Origin: the human T2T-CHM13v2.0 reference genome, Homo sapiens
Assembly (NCBI RefSeq): GCF_009914755.1
Contig: NC_060926.1
Length of the DNA: 64,000 nucleotides
Direction: 5' to 3' (one strand)
The notes beneath the pieces were generated by a model that made no database searches, was not told where the DNA came from, and saw only the letters and a program-made list of their open reading frames with translations. A program made the translations under genes and the position numbers. Shown one piece after another: positions 1 to 13,481 of this stretch (position 1 is its first letter; every line of letters begins with the position of its first letter).

Positions 1-897
1 TAATGATATGGACAATGAAATTCAGGCTGAGGTGGTCTCAGATGGAGATGAGGAACTTGTTGGGAACTGGAGCAAAGGTGACTCTTGTTATGTTTTAGCA
101 AAGAGACTGGCAGCATTTTGCCCCGGTCCTAGAGATTTGTGGCACTTTGAACTTAAGAGAGATGATTTAGGGTATCTGGCAGAAGAAATTTCTAAGCAGC
201 AAAGCTTTCAAGAGGTGGCTTTGGTGCTGTTAAAGGCATTCAGTTTTAAAAGGGATACAGAGCATTAAAGGTTGGAAAATTTGCAGCCTGGCTATGCAAC
301 AGAAAAGAAAAACCCATTTTCTGAGGAGAAATTCAAGCTGGCTGCAGAAATTTGCATAAGTAACAAGGAGCCAAATGTTAATCCCCAAAACAACAGGGAA
401 AATGTCTCCAGGGCATGTCAGAGGTCTTCACAGCAGCCCCTCCCATCACAGGCCTGGAGGCCTAGGAGGAAAAAGTGGTTTCATGGGCCAGGGCCAGGGT
501 CCCTGTGCCGTGTGCAGCCTAGGGTCTAGTGCCCTGCATCCCGGGTGCTCCAGCCATGTTTGAAAGGGGTCAATGTAACGCTCAGGCCATGGCTTCAGAG
601 ACTGCAAGCACCAAGCCTTGGCAACTTCCATGTGCTGTTGAGTCTCCAAGTGCACAGAAGTCAAGAATTAAGGTTTGGGAACCTCCACCTAGATTTCAGC
701 AGATGTATGGAAATGCCTGAATGTCCAGGCAGAAGTTTGCTGCAGGGGCAGGGTGCTCATGGAGAACCTCTTTTAGGGCAGTGTGGAACTGTAAGTTCCC
801 AGCCATGTGGAACTGTAAGTCCGTTAAACCTCTTTCTTTTGTAAATTGCTCAGTCTCTGGTATGTCTTTATCAGCAGCATGAAAATGGACTCATACA
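1..897 (+). mobile_element. THE1/MaLR internal fragment fused to the 3' end of a THE1 LTR (large internal deletion)
   Basis: 1-790 resembles THE1-int (ORF remnant MDNEIQAEVVSDGDEELVGNWSKGDSCY). 797-897 is the THE1 LTR end, finishing cagcatgaaaatggactcataca. Confidence 0.85.
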
Positions 898-978
898 CTA
901 ATCATTGCTTTTGTTTTCATTTAGCAAGCATTCAGAGAATGCCTATAATATGTTCCATACAATCACAAGAATAAACAA

Positions 979-1262
979 GGCCAAGTACAGTGGCTCACTC
1001 CTGTAATCCCAGCACTTTTGGAGGCCAAGGCAGGAGGATCACTTCAGTGCAGGAGTTTGAGACCAGCCTGGGCAACATAGTGAGACCCCATCTCTACAAA
1101 AAAAATTTGTATAAATATTAGCCAGGTGTGGTGGCGTATGCCTGTAGTGTCCCAGTTACTCAGGAGGGTAAGGCAGGAAGACGGCTTGGGCCCAGGAGTT
1201 TGGGGTTACAATGAGCTATGATTACACCACAGCACTCCAGCTCCCATCTCTGAAGAAAAAAA
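979..1262 (+). mobile_element. Alu, AluJ-like
   Basis: Starts ggccaagtacagtggctcactcctgtaatcccagc; AluJ-type left arm (gaccagcctgggcaacatagtgagacccc); A tail. Confidence 0.9.
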
Positions 1263-1847
1263 TATATATATGAAGACAGATCTGCCTTCAAGTTGCTCAC
1301 AGTTTAAATCAATGCCTCACATGTGGTGGTAAAGATCTGCCTACAAGGCTTGGTATCCCAGAGGTTACAGGTGTAATCTCCCTGGAGGCATGAAGAAGGT
1401 TTCAGAGAGGAGCTGACATTGACTGTTCTGAGGAGGAAAACTTGGTGGCCAGAGGGTAGATAAGAGGGAGAATTTTCACTGTGCACCCTTTTGTGTCTTT
1501 TGGACATCAGGCCCCCAGTGGGATGATACCAGCATGTGGAGAGAGGGGTGAGAGGCCCCCAGTGAGAGGACATAGGTCACGCATGCTCTCTGCTGCCCAC
1601 AGCTACCACCACACCCCAGCATTTGTGCAGCCCTTCATTTTCAGCCAGAAGGCCAGGCAGTTGGGACTTTGGCCAAGATTAAGTCTCTTCAAACAAGTGG
1701 CTGCTATGAAGATGTGGCCAAGAACACTAAGAAAGGATGAGAACAGCCCCTCCAGGGGCCTTGGGTGTCCTTCGAAGCTCCCATGTGAAAGCTATAAGAG
1801 TTGCCTTGAAGTAGAGGAAGACTGGCTCCAGAAACAGGAATAATCTA

Positions 1848-1960
1848 GTGCAGTGGTCTCAAGGTGTGGTGTCAAAAACCAGCAGCAGCATCACCCCCTG
1901 GAAATTTGTTAGAAATGCAGATTCTCAGGCTCCACTCCAGACCTACTGAATCAGAGACTC
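1848..1960. mobile_element. MER5A-like hAT DNA transposon fragment
   Basis: cagcagcatcacc...gttagaaatgcagattctcaggc...cagacctactgaatcagagactc. Confidence 0.75.
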
Positions 1961-2674
1961 AGTATCAGTATTTAATCTATGGAGGAATTCTACTCTAGAA
2001 ATGCTATTTCTCTCCCCCGAAGAAGAATGGGACCTTGAAGGACCTACTGGGACTAGTCATTCAACCTTGGTGTGGGCCTGCCCACTTCTCCGGGACCAGA
2101 CTGGGCCACCTCCTGAGAACCACAGATGTGCCACGCCTTCAGGAACCCCATCACATGCTGTCCGAGGAGGAAGGAAGAGGGGTTGAGTGTGCTGACACAC
2201 AGAGTAACAGGCTGTTTAGGAGAGAGGGTGGAAGAAGGTGAGTGTTCATTAGATACTGAAAAGAGAGGGAGATAAGGGGTCCCCCCTGGAGCAGAGACTG
2301 GAAAGCCACTCATGAGTGGTGCCAGGAGAGCACAACTGGACTCTGGGCAGGAGACAGAAAACTCAGGAATGCCCCACAACAGAGCAGTTAGACAACATAG
2401 GACTTAGTTTAGCATACTATTTCTTGAGCACCTACTGTGGGCTAGGCCCACAGGAAAGCAGAGACAAGGTTGAGATGTGGTAAGAATGTGGATGCAGCAG
2501 CCCGACTACCTGGGCTTGGATCCCCACCTCAGGTGGGCTCAGCCAGCAGTACCTGCAGAGCCAAGCCAGCTGTGTTCATAGGCAGCATCTGCTTTGTCTG
2601 GTCACAGCCTTACCTCTGTTGGCTGGTGCCTGGATCATCCTGGTTGTCATGATACTAGTGTTATAGCAATATCA

Positions 2675-2875
2675 CCCCTGTTGTCACTTACTGGTAGAAT
2701 GAACTTAAGTTTTTTAGCCTCTCCACATCTCCACTTCTTTATCTGTAAAATGGGAATAGTAACAATACCTACACCTCAAGGGTTATGAGGATTAAGTGAG
2801 TTATCATAAGGACTGTGCTTAGAACAGTGCCTGGGAGCCTAACGTGTTCTCGGTAAATATTAGCTATGATTATTC
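2675..2875 (+). mobile_element. MIR SINE
   Basis: MIR core atctgtaaaatgggaatagtaacaatacctac...gcttagaacagtgcctgg. Confidence 0.75.
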
Positions 2876-4163
2876 TTTTTCTCTCAAAGTGTTAACCATG
2901 CCTGAGAAAAAGCCAGCTTCCCAGAGTTCAGACAGAGTAGCCTGAGTTGCTAGAGGCAGAAGCTTGATTCCCATAGCGATTTAATTTCTGGGCTCGGCCC
3001 CCACCAAGTGCTTAGAGCAGCAGGAGGCAGCTGAATGACTATAGTCAGTGGGGTGGGGACAAGGGCCCCACTGGCCATCTCTAGCCAGGACAAAGCCATT
3101 GCACACATAGATGAGCTTGGTCTCCTCCAGATCACACAGGTGTTCTGGCCCGAGGGCTGGAACAGGCCGTTGGAGCTCATTCAAATGTGGAGAAATATTT
3201 AGATCCAATCAAAACCACTCCAGATTGTTGGCTCTTATTTTAGACAAATAGGATAAGCAAACTTGGCCTAAATGAGAAGTGGTAATAAATACCCTTTTTC
3301 TGTCTAATTATTCAAAGCCAAATGCTCTGAGTCTAAATGTCTCATGGGAAATGTCTGAAGGGTTTCTGGAGTATTTGGTTAATAACAAAAATTCTTTGTA
3401 TTGCACAGACGTCTCACATATGTGTGATGCTCATGATATGGCACAGAGGAGAACAGGACGACTGGCCACAACCTCATACTAGACAGTTGGGAACCAAGGC
3501 CTGTGAGTGCTGGTGATTTGTCTGGAGGCTCCCAAATATTTCTGGAGAAAAGGGCATGAAATCTCAGTCTAGAAATGGACTCCCCCTCCTGTTCACTGAC
3601 CAAGTGGAGCCCACCTTCAGCACACTGCTCCCCAACTCAGCCCACACAGACTTTCTAAAAGATGTTCACATGCATACCCAACCACACACATTAACAACCA
3701 CTGTTGGGCTTCTCACAGCAAAGGTGGGAGACTCCTGCTCAGTCCTCTGCCATCGCCACCTCCCTTCAGCACAAACCATTGTTAAGTTGGTTCTACGCAT
3801 GTTCTCATATCTTCTGGACACAAGAGAGATTTATGTACATGTCTCCTACATCCTAAAATGGGCATTTGGGGTTGAGAAAGAATAGAAATTTTTAAAATAA
3901 ATATATTTAAAAGAACCACATGTGTCTCAATAGCAAGACAGTCAACTTCATAGACACACAGGATAATATGCACATATTAATATGAGAAACAAATTGATAC
4001 GGTAACTTGCCATTTTTCAAGCAAGGAAGAAGGAAGAGATCACTTGCAACCATGAAGAAAGAACTGTGTAAAATATCCTGTATCATGCAGTAGCTGCAAA
4101 CATGCCATACAGTCAATATATTGTGGGGCTCCAGAATATCAAAATAAGTTCTATATCCTAACT

Positions 4164-4361
4164 GGAAAAGAGGAAAGAAAAGTGAAAAGAAAGAAAAGAA
4201 AAGAAAAAAGAAAAGGAAGGGAAAGGAAGGGAAGAGAGAGAGAGAAAAGAAAGGAAGGAGAGAAAGAGAAAGAAAGGAAGAAAGAGAAAGAGAGAGACAG
4301 AGAAGGAAAGAAGGAGAGAGAGAAAGAAAGAAAGAAAGAAAGAAAGGGAAATGAAAAGAAA
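4164..4361. repeat. GA-rich low-complexity / (GAAA)n tract
   Basis: Nearly pure purine tract visible directly. Confidence 0.95.
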
Positions 4362-4508
4362 CTTTCCATCCTGAACAGACATGAAATCAGCTGAAGGGCA
4401 CTAAACAGACATGAAATCAGCTGAAATGCACTAAAGCACTTTAATCCTGTAACATTCTTTTATATTCAGGCCTAATAGACACTGCCACACTCTGTTAGTG
4501 ACTTAGAC

Positions 4509-4849
4509 CATGGGTCCCCAATCCCAGACCGTGGACCGCTGCTGGTCCATTGCTGTTAGATACTGGGCTGCACAGCAGGAGGTGAGCAGCAGGCGAGAAA
4601 GCATCACCACCTGAGCTCCACCTCCTGTCAGACCAGCAACAGCATTAGATTCATATAGAAGCTCGAACCCTATCATGAACAGCATGTGAGAGGGATCTAG
4701 GTCGCATGCTCCTTATGAGAATCTAATGCCTGATCATCTGAGGTGGAACAGTTTTATCCTGAAACTACCCCTGCCCCTCACCTGCCATCTGTGGAAAAAT
4801 TGTCTCCCACAAAACCAGTCCCTGGTGCCAAAAAGGTTGGGGACTGCTG
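4509..4849 (+). mobile_element. MER1B hAT-Charlie MITE, complete
   Basis: Terminal inverted repeats catgggtccccaa / ttggggactgctg; 8-bp target duplication acttagac (4501-4508) / actcagac (4850-4857). Confidence 0.9.
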
Positions 4850-5774
4850 ACTCAGACAATGATTTCATGAGTGGCACCTACTGTGTGTATCTTTATATTG
4901 GTGTTTCTCCCTTGAGGTGGAGAGGGAAGGGCCAAACAGTGACATGGCACATGTGTCACCATGAGCAATCCAACCAGGCATCCCACTACAGCCCACGGTG
5001 ATAGCCTGAGAACAAGGAATGTGGCCAAGGACTATCAAATCATCCTTCCAAATATGTGTGACTTTCTTGGTCTTCTGATACTGCTCTGAACCCTAATGTA
5101 GGCCCTCCATCATCCCTCCATTCTGTCTCCAGCTTCCAGCCTTTCCCTCTTTTGTTCCTTTAAATAGAATTTGGCCAGATTAATTTTCTTACCCCCTAGA
5201 AAAGATATGTGCAAACCAGTGGTGTCAGCCAAGCTTCTCAGCCACAAGGAATCACCTGCCACCTTCAGCCACACCAACCATCTCCCCCTAGAATCTTCTC
5301 TACAGCCAGAATAGCTTGACTTGATGCCTCTAACTAATCCTCCTGGGAATTCCCTCCCCCTCCTCCCCACCTTTTCCAAGTTCTTCAAACTAACTCAAAT
5401 TCCTTCACTTCCATAAAGTCTTCCCTGACTCTTCTAGTCTGAAGGGTTCTTCTTTCCCAACAGAATTTGCCATGGCTCTATTTGCCATGACAAGGAGAAA
5501 TACAGTGCAAGAGAGTAAGGCCACTGTAGAGAGAGAAGCTAAGATAGGAGGTGTGGTTTTATGTCTAAGAACACTTCAATCTTTTCTGAAGTAGACTTAT
5601 TTTTAAAAGTCAATGTTTATAAAATTCACCAGCCAGAATGGCTAAAAATTGTTTTTTTTTTAATTTTAAAAAATAACAAAACCAACGTTGGCAAGAATGT
5701 ACAGCAACTAGAACTCTTTATTCTTCCTCTAGAGTACGCGCTATACTCACATACTACTAGCAGAAGGGTGAATT

Positions 5775-5905
5775 GGGGGAAAGAGAGGGAGAGAGGGGAG
5801 AGAGGGAAAGAGGGAGAGGGAGAGAGGGAGGAAGGGAGACAGAGGGAGAGACAGGGAGGGAGGGAGAGGGAGGGAGGGAGGGAGGGAGAGGGAGGGAGGG
5901 AGGGA

Positions 5906-5937
<32 letters not shown>

Positions 5938-5943
5938 AAGAGA
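5775..5943. repeat. (GGGA)n/(GA)n polypurine tract
   Basis: Seen directly. Confidence 0.95.
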
Positions 5944-6014
5944 TATGCTCCCAACTGGAGAATAAGTACAGAAGGAAAAATACAAAGACCATAAGTAACA
6001 TCCTTAAGCACAGC

Positions 6015-6163
6015 GTGGGCTGGCTTCACGGCACACAAGCTGTGCAGTGACATAGGACCCCATACTTACAGGTTCCTGACCTTTGTTCAATGTTTTTAAT
6101 TTTTGAACCTGGGTCCTGCATTTTCCTTTTACCCTGGGTCCTGCAAATTATGAAGCCAATCCT
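6015..6163 (+). mobile_element. MER91A-like hAT element
   Basis: gggctggcttcacgg...ctgtgcagt...tttttgaac...ctgggtcctgcaaattatgaagccaatcctg matches the MER91A layout. Confidence 0.65.
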
Positions 6164-8000
6164 GTATGCCAGTTTATTGCCAATTCCCTAGTATCCGGAA
6201 TCCAAAATTCTTCCAATAGATCTGGAGCAGGTCACTGAATTGAATAGTCTCAACCTCCAAAACACTGTTGGATGCCTTTTTCTGTAAACTAGAATAGCAT
6301 CTGCCTTTCTTGCCCTAAAGTCCTAGAGAGGCCAGTTGATTTCAAAGCCCACGGTAGGTTAACTCAGGGTGGGGCATGAGAGGAGTCGGAGGAGCTGCTA
6401 CCCACTGGGTCCTCTGAGTGTAGTTCCTGAATGAATTAGGAAAAGCTCTTGGTTCAGCTGGATACTAGAGGAGAGTATTGTTTTCCCCACTGTGCTGGCT
6501 ACCACAGTTCTGGCTTCTTTTCCCTTCCAGGGGCAGACTGATAAATGTGAGAACAATTGGCCTGCCTATCTCAGCTTCTCCTTCTGCCCTCTAGGGAATG
6601 AGCTGCCCTAGGGGAGCTTGATTTCTGCTGTTCCTCCTGGGGCAGGGTCTGTCTAGCATGGGAAGGTTGGGCCTGCCCTTTCAAGCATCGTCAGTTGTTA
6701 GGGGCTGGGGAGAGGGATGATTATGCCTAATTCGGGGCACACTCACAGACCTAAAGCCATGCCCTCCATCCTGACTTCTATTGGTACTAAAGTAACATTT
6801 AGCTTCTATCTGCTTCTCCTTTGTCTTAGTCCCCAAAGCATTCAGAATCTGGGTTGGGAAAGAGGAGCTGACCAGGTTTCTGATCTTCTGGAAAATTACT
6901 GTGCTTTGCCTTCTCTTTAAAAACGGCAGCAGACTCTTGAGTAAGAGCACCTACGAAAGGTTCCATGACTATCCCCAAATCACAAAAACCAGCCTGCAAG
7001 TTGGCTTCTGCGTGCCTCAAGGCAGGAGGCCCTGCCCCTCAGAGAAAACAACCGTCTCCCACCAGACACTAATGAGCTTGCTTCTCCTCCCCTCTCTTCT
7101 CTCATGCAGCTGGCTGTCTTTGGAAAGAGGGATCCAACCTGTCTTTGCTGGGCAGCCAGGCCACCAAGGTTACTAACTCTCCTTCAGTCTTGGGAGTCCA
7201 ACCACGTGAGCTTCTCGCCCAGAACATTATTTTCTGCTGAATTAAATCCAATTCCACTCCCTGCGTTGAACAGCTGACCCATCGCCTCTATTTTCTGCCT
7301 GAATTTTGCTCACAGCTCATCTGCTAAAGGCCCAGGAAATTTTCTGGGGTTATTTCACATGAAGGGAAGAGAGCTCTTATTTTCAACTGATAGAGAAAAT
7401 TCCCAGGGGACACCTCAGTCAGCCAAACACTCCTGCTGACTTCGTGTAACCAGTCTGGTGGCTGCATTCAATTTCAATTAGCCCCAAGTAAACCCTCTCT
7501 TCTCATGTGACATGCAGCAATAATAACTTTTTTTCCTTCATATGCTATCAACCATCAGAGTTTCAAATATAAGCCATGCGTTTTTGTGGCTTGTTCATCT
7601 TTGGAGAACCTGTCCCTTGGTGACCAATTCTATCAAAGGGAACTTTCACCTGAGTAATTTCATATCACCTTGTACTCATGCATTCATTCCTTATTTGCTT
7701 ATTCACTCAACAAAGCACTAAGTAGATACTGGTTCCCCTAACCCTACCTATTCCTCCACTATCTTTTCTTTATGCTTTTCAATGCCTGGTTCATAGCCCA
7801 TCTTCCAGAATGTCTTCCTTGATCAAATCCATCCTTCTCTGACCAGAGCCCTCTGATCTGATTGGTTCACTCAGTATTAACAGCTTAGTCTGAATCAAAC
7901 CTTCTAGTCCTAACCCCCATGGCTCTCCACACACATATCTTAAGCTGTAATTGAGTCTAGTGTTTTTCAAATGTGGAGGACAAGTGGTGGTGAATCACGC

Positions 8001-8325
<325 letters not shown>

Positions 8326-8588
8326 TAAGAGAGCCATTTATAGTTTATAAAATAATACCCAATGTTATACTGTATTTCACATATTTGTATTGATTTTTAC
8401 AACTCAAATTATAACAAGTATAGCTTGATAAAATATTCTTGAATTAGAGGGACACAACACACATGTAGTGATTCTCAATGGAGATGTGTCCCTGTGGGAG
8501 ATCATCAGCCCCAGAGCTGAAGGGTCCAGTTTTTCTGTTAGTCTGCCTTAGAAGTATTAATCTTTGTCCCAGAAGAAGGTCCATGTTT

Positions 8589-8895
8589 TCTTTTTAAAAA
8601 TTATCTATTGAATAGAGATGGGGTCACACTGTATTGCCCAGGCTGGAGGGCAGTGGTATGATCATAGCTCACTGCGGCCTCCATATCCTGCACTCAATCT
8701 TCCTGCTACAGCCTCCCAAGTACCTGGGATTACAGGTGGATACCACCATGCCTGGCTAATTTTTTATATTTTTTGTAGCGATGGGGTCTTCCTATGCTTC
8801 CCAGACTGGTCTCAAACTCCTGGGACTCAAGCTATGCTCCTGACTCAGCCTTCCAAGTCTCTGGGATTATAGGCGGAAGCTACCACACCCAACCA
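8589..8895 (-). mobile_element. AluJ-like
   Basis: Diverged Alu dimer flanked by a ccatgttt direct repeat. Confidence 0.88.
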
Positions 8896-8982
8896 AAGCC
8901 CATGTTTCGTAAGACTTTGTCCTAACTCTTTTCCCTACCTGGTATACCCTCCCTCTGCCTCTATGTGATCCCACCTGTTCTT

Positions 8983-9272
8983 TTGCTTCTTATTCTTCTT
9001 CTTTTTGAGACAGGGCCTTGCTGGAGTGTGGTGGCGCAATCTTGACTCATTGCAACTTCCGCCTCCCAGGTTCAAGCGATTCTCTTGCCTCAGCCTCCTG
9101 AGTAGCTAGGATTACAGGCACCCACCACCACGTCTGGCTAATTTTTGTATTTTTAGTAGAGACGGGGTTTCCCCATGTTGGCCAGACTGGTCTCGAACTC
9201 CTTATCTCAGGATTCACCGTCTCAGCCTCCCAAAGTGCTGGGATTACAGGCATGAGCCACCGCACTGAGCCC
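8983..9272 (-). mobile_element. AluS
   Basis: Alu with TSD acctgttctt (8973-8982 / 9275-9284). Confidence 0.9.
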
Positions 9273-9654
9273 CAACCTGTTCTTAATGAGCAATTCCAAC
9301 TGCCATCTCATCCTGTAAGACTTTTCTGGTTCTTCCAGCTGGAAGTGGCTTTTTCTTCTGAATGCCCTGTAAGATGTCTCACTGGCACTAATTGTACTGT
9401 GGTAAATATTAACACATTTTTATCCACTCACCCTCCTAACAAGTTTACCGAAGGTAAAAAACAAACACAAGAGGTTTGACTTTTACTCCTGAACTCTAAG
9501 ATACAACAAAACGCACTTCAATCTTTCTTTAAACCAAATTACATTGGTTCTAAGACCTGCCACCCAGCAGGAGAAATGTTAAATTTCAGCCATCTGGGCT
9601 GCTTGCTCGTACCTCCCCTCTCACCACCACCATGAGACTACACAAGAATGCTGG

Positions 9655-10088
9655 CGTCGGGTTCAAGTCCAGGCTCCAGCCCATGCTGAGGTCCGAAGGG
9701 ACTGAGTAGATGAATGGTAGACAGCTATAAGAACACTCAGAGGGGTGTAGGTAGGTGAAATATGGCTTTATTCAGCAACTCTCTTATACTGCTTTGTCTC
9801 AGCTGCTTGAGCCGGCTGCTCCCATGCACAGCTGCGTGGCCAGCTCTCCCTTCAGGGTCAGCAGCTTAACCCTCTCTCTGGGCATGAGTGTGCCTGTATA
9901 GTGTCAGCAGGGCAATTATATCTTACAGACAATAGTGGCTTAGAACCAAGTGATGAGCCTTCTCACGTTATGGCTACATGGCTGTGATAACAAGTGGAGT
10001 TATACACCGGGGCTCTAAACTCAGAGTCACACAGGATGTTTACCTTGGCCTATACCCACTTGGCCACAGCACAGCCATGTTCCTTACA
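9655..10088 (-). mobile_element. Solo LTR, LTR18-like (ERVL)
   Basis: Minus strand starts tgtaaggaacatggctgtgctg; AATAAA on the minus strand near 9770; possible 5-bp TSD gctgg/actgg. Confidence 0.65.
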
Positions 10089-10580
10089 ACTGGGCTTATG
10101 TGGGACCAGAAAACATGGACAGGATCTCTTCCTTTGAGTAAGGTGGAGTCAGCTCAGCTGCTCACTGTCACCTGACCCATATGGTCAGGTTAAAGCACTG
10201 GGCTCCATCCCCTCCTGCCTATCCCCAATATCCAGTGCATAGCCTGCCCTCAGTGAGGCCTTTCCAGCTTCCATTAGGACAGATGTTTGTCTCTGCTGAA
10301 CCCCATCTCTTCACCCCACATTTGACATTGACTGCCCTCTAGCCTCTGTCTTGGCATCTATTTGGTACACATTTACCCCTCGACATAGCCGCACCCCAAT
10401 CTTCACAGGAAAAAAACATCTTCATCACATTTGCATCTCCAACCAGTGGCTAATGTAGTACTTATATATTAAGGTATTGAATGAGTGGTTAAACATCTCC
10501 TGTCCTTTCTTCCTCAAGACTGGAAGGACTTCCTGTAGAATTCAGCCTAAATATTTCTTTCTCAGGGAAGCTGCCCCTGA

Positions 10581-11333
10581 TGAAAATAGGAGAGTTCCCT
10601 GACCCCCCACTTGCAGGATGTGCGAAAGGGGTGTGTTTCATCTGTTTGGCCACAGTGTGCACTCAAACCCCTTACAGGAGTGGGAGCATGCACACTGGCA
10701 GGTACAGGAGCCGGGATGAGTGCTCTTGGGCTCCAGCCCCATGGTAGCATCTAGGAGTGGGTGCCTACGACTCCCAAAGCCCCAGCGGGCATGCTACAGT
10801 GCTCTTTTAGTTCTGCCATCCACAGACAGCTTAAGTGTTAACCAGCTCAGTGCCCTCTTGGTACCCAGGTTCTTGTCCAACATCCAGGAAAACTGGGTCA
10901 CACACAGACTTGAAAGATGGTGAATGCGGGGGTTTACTGAGTGGTGGAGATGGCTTTCAGTGGGATAGATGGGGAGCTGCAAAGGGGATGGAGCGGGAAG
11001 GTGACCTTACCCTGGAGTATGGCCATCCACCAGCAAATCTCCCTTCCAACCATCCCCAGCTGAACTCTTCTTGACGTTCAGATGCTTCTCTTTTCTCCTT
11101 CTCTGCTCTTTTGGCACTCTTCTGCTTTTCTGTTCATCTGTTCATGGAGACTGGGGTTTGGAATTTATATGCGTACAGGACAGGGGGCATGGCAGGCCAA
11201 AAGTCAACTTTTGGGTGCAAAAACAGGAATGCCTATTCCCATTTAGGGCCATGGGTTTCCAGGCTTGAGGGTGGTCTTTTGCTGGGAAAGCACCCTCTTC
11301 TACCCAGTACTTCCCTGTCTCCTGTCTGTATCA
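10581..11333 (-). mobile_element. Solo LTR, MER50-like (ERV1)
   Basis: Minus strand starts tgatacagacaggagacagggaagtactgggtagaagaggg and ends gggaactctcctattttca; ~750 bp. Confidence 0.8.
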
Positions 11334-11910
11334 TTATCAGACACTATCATACCATTCAGTAACTTTTCTTACCATTATCACAGCCATTTGTGTCATTATT
11401 TCCTCATGTTTGCCTGCATTGCCAGATGGCATATTCCCTGAGGGCAACGGTGGCCTCCCTTTTGGCTCACTCTCCATCTTTCCTGCCTAGAGAACTGTTA
11501 CTCAGTAGCCATTCTAATGAATTTGACTTAAGAAAAATCTTGCTCACCTTACCATAGAGCTGTTTCTCTTCCAGCTATCTCTGTGTTTTTGAAGTGGTGA
11601 GGTATGCTGGAAGTCATGGGGTGATCATTCTCCCCTAAGGTAAAAGCAGACGCTCCTGCTTTGAGAAGCAACTAGTAAGAATCTAGGTCCTTGTCCATAT
11701 TCCTCATCAACAAGGTCCTGAGCCACAGTCTGGGGACCCCACCTCGCTTTCATGCCTCAGATCCAGTTAGAAAAATCCTTCTTGCTTTCCAATGTTCCTT
11801 CTTCACGAGAGAGAGATCCATACAAACCTGAGAATAAATTAAAATTCCCTCAAATATCCAAATAAAAGCCCTTTATGGGCCATTTTCATTTGGGTCCTTT
11901 TTTCAATACT

Positions 11911-12165
11911 ATTTTTTTTTAAATTAGTGAGACAGGGTCTTACTCTGTCACCCAGGCTGGAGTGCAGTGGCATGATCATGGCTCACTGAAGCGTTGACCT
12001 CCTGGGCTCAGGTGATCCTTCCACTTCAGCCTCCAGAAAGCTGAGACTACAGATGTCACTATGCCTGGCTAATTTTTTTTAATTTTTTGCAGAGATGGGA
12101 TCTCATTATGTTGCCCAGACTGGTCTCAAACCCCTGGCCTCAGGCCATCCTCCCACCTCAGCCTT
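11911..12165 (-). mobile_element. AluJ-like, 5' truncated
   Basis: gagacagggtcttactctgtcacccaggctggagtgcagtgg... Confidence 0.88.
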
Positions 12166-12439
12166 AAGTACAATTTCCTACCACTAAGGCATACAGCAAT
12201 AGGGGATTTTAACATGTTTGGTTGAAAATAGCAAAGAACTCAATTTAATGTGTTGGACACTCAAGAGTTGACATCGAATACAGTAATTCTAAGTGAAAAT
12301 GAGATTGATGACTTTTGTAAACTAGCCTATAGGACTGTGAAGAATCTGGTACCTAATGCTGATGAAAGATATGATATTTTAGCTATTTAAATCAGAAATG
12401 GGCCTCACATAAGTATCTTCTACTATCTGTCTAATACAG

Positions 12440-12624
12440 ATCTGTGTAATCTAAACTGCATAATACAATAGCTACTAGCTACCTGTGGCTATTTAAATTC
12501 AAATCCAATTTTTAAAATTAAGTTTCTCAGTATCACTAGTCACAATTAAAGTGCTACCATACTGGACATTGCTACATAACATTTCTATTAATACAGAAAG
12601 TTCTATGGAACAGCTCTACTCTAG
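12440..12624. mobile_element. MER3/MER33-like hAT element
   Basis: agctactagctacctgtggctatttaaatt...gaaagttctatggaacagc. Confidence 0.6.
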
Positions 12625-12806
12625 GTGCCTTGAACATACACCAAGTTGAAAAATTGTCTCAGCAGGAGGACTTGTGCTTACACAATAACCATTCCATAAA
12701 TAAGCACTCTTTGTACTAAGTGCCAGATTCTGTTGCACCTGCTTCACATCAAGCATCTCAGTAAATCCTCACAACTTGGAAGGCTGGTAGTACATTACGA
12801 CTCCCC

Positions 12807-13481
<675 letters not shown>

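Noticed and set aside
8-720. Consecutive ORFs at the start of the window
   Set aside because: Broken remnants of the MaLR internal ORF, not a host gene.
4151-6053. Lys/Arg/Glu-rich and Ser/Leu/Pro-rich ORFs over the GA tracts
   Set aside because: Artefacts of low-complexity sequence lacking stop codons; the same applies at 29797-30250 and 42566-43067.
7735-7750. ccctaaccct telomere-like motif (also ~51408-51418)
   Set aside because: Fewer than two full units; expected by chance.
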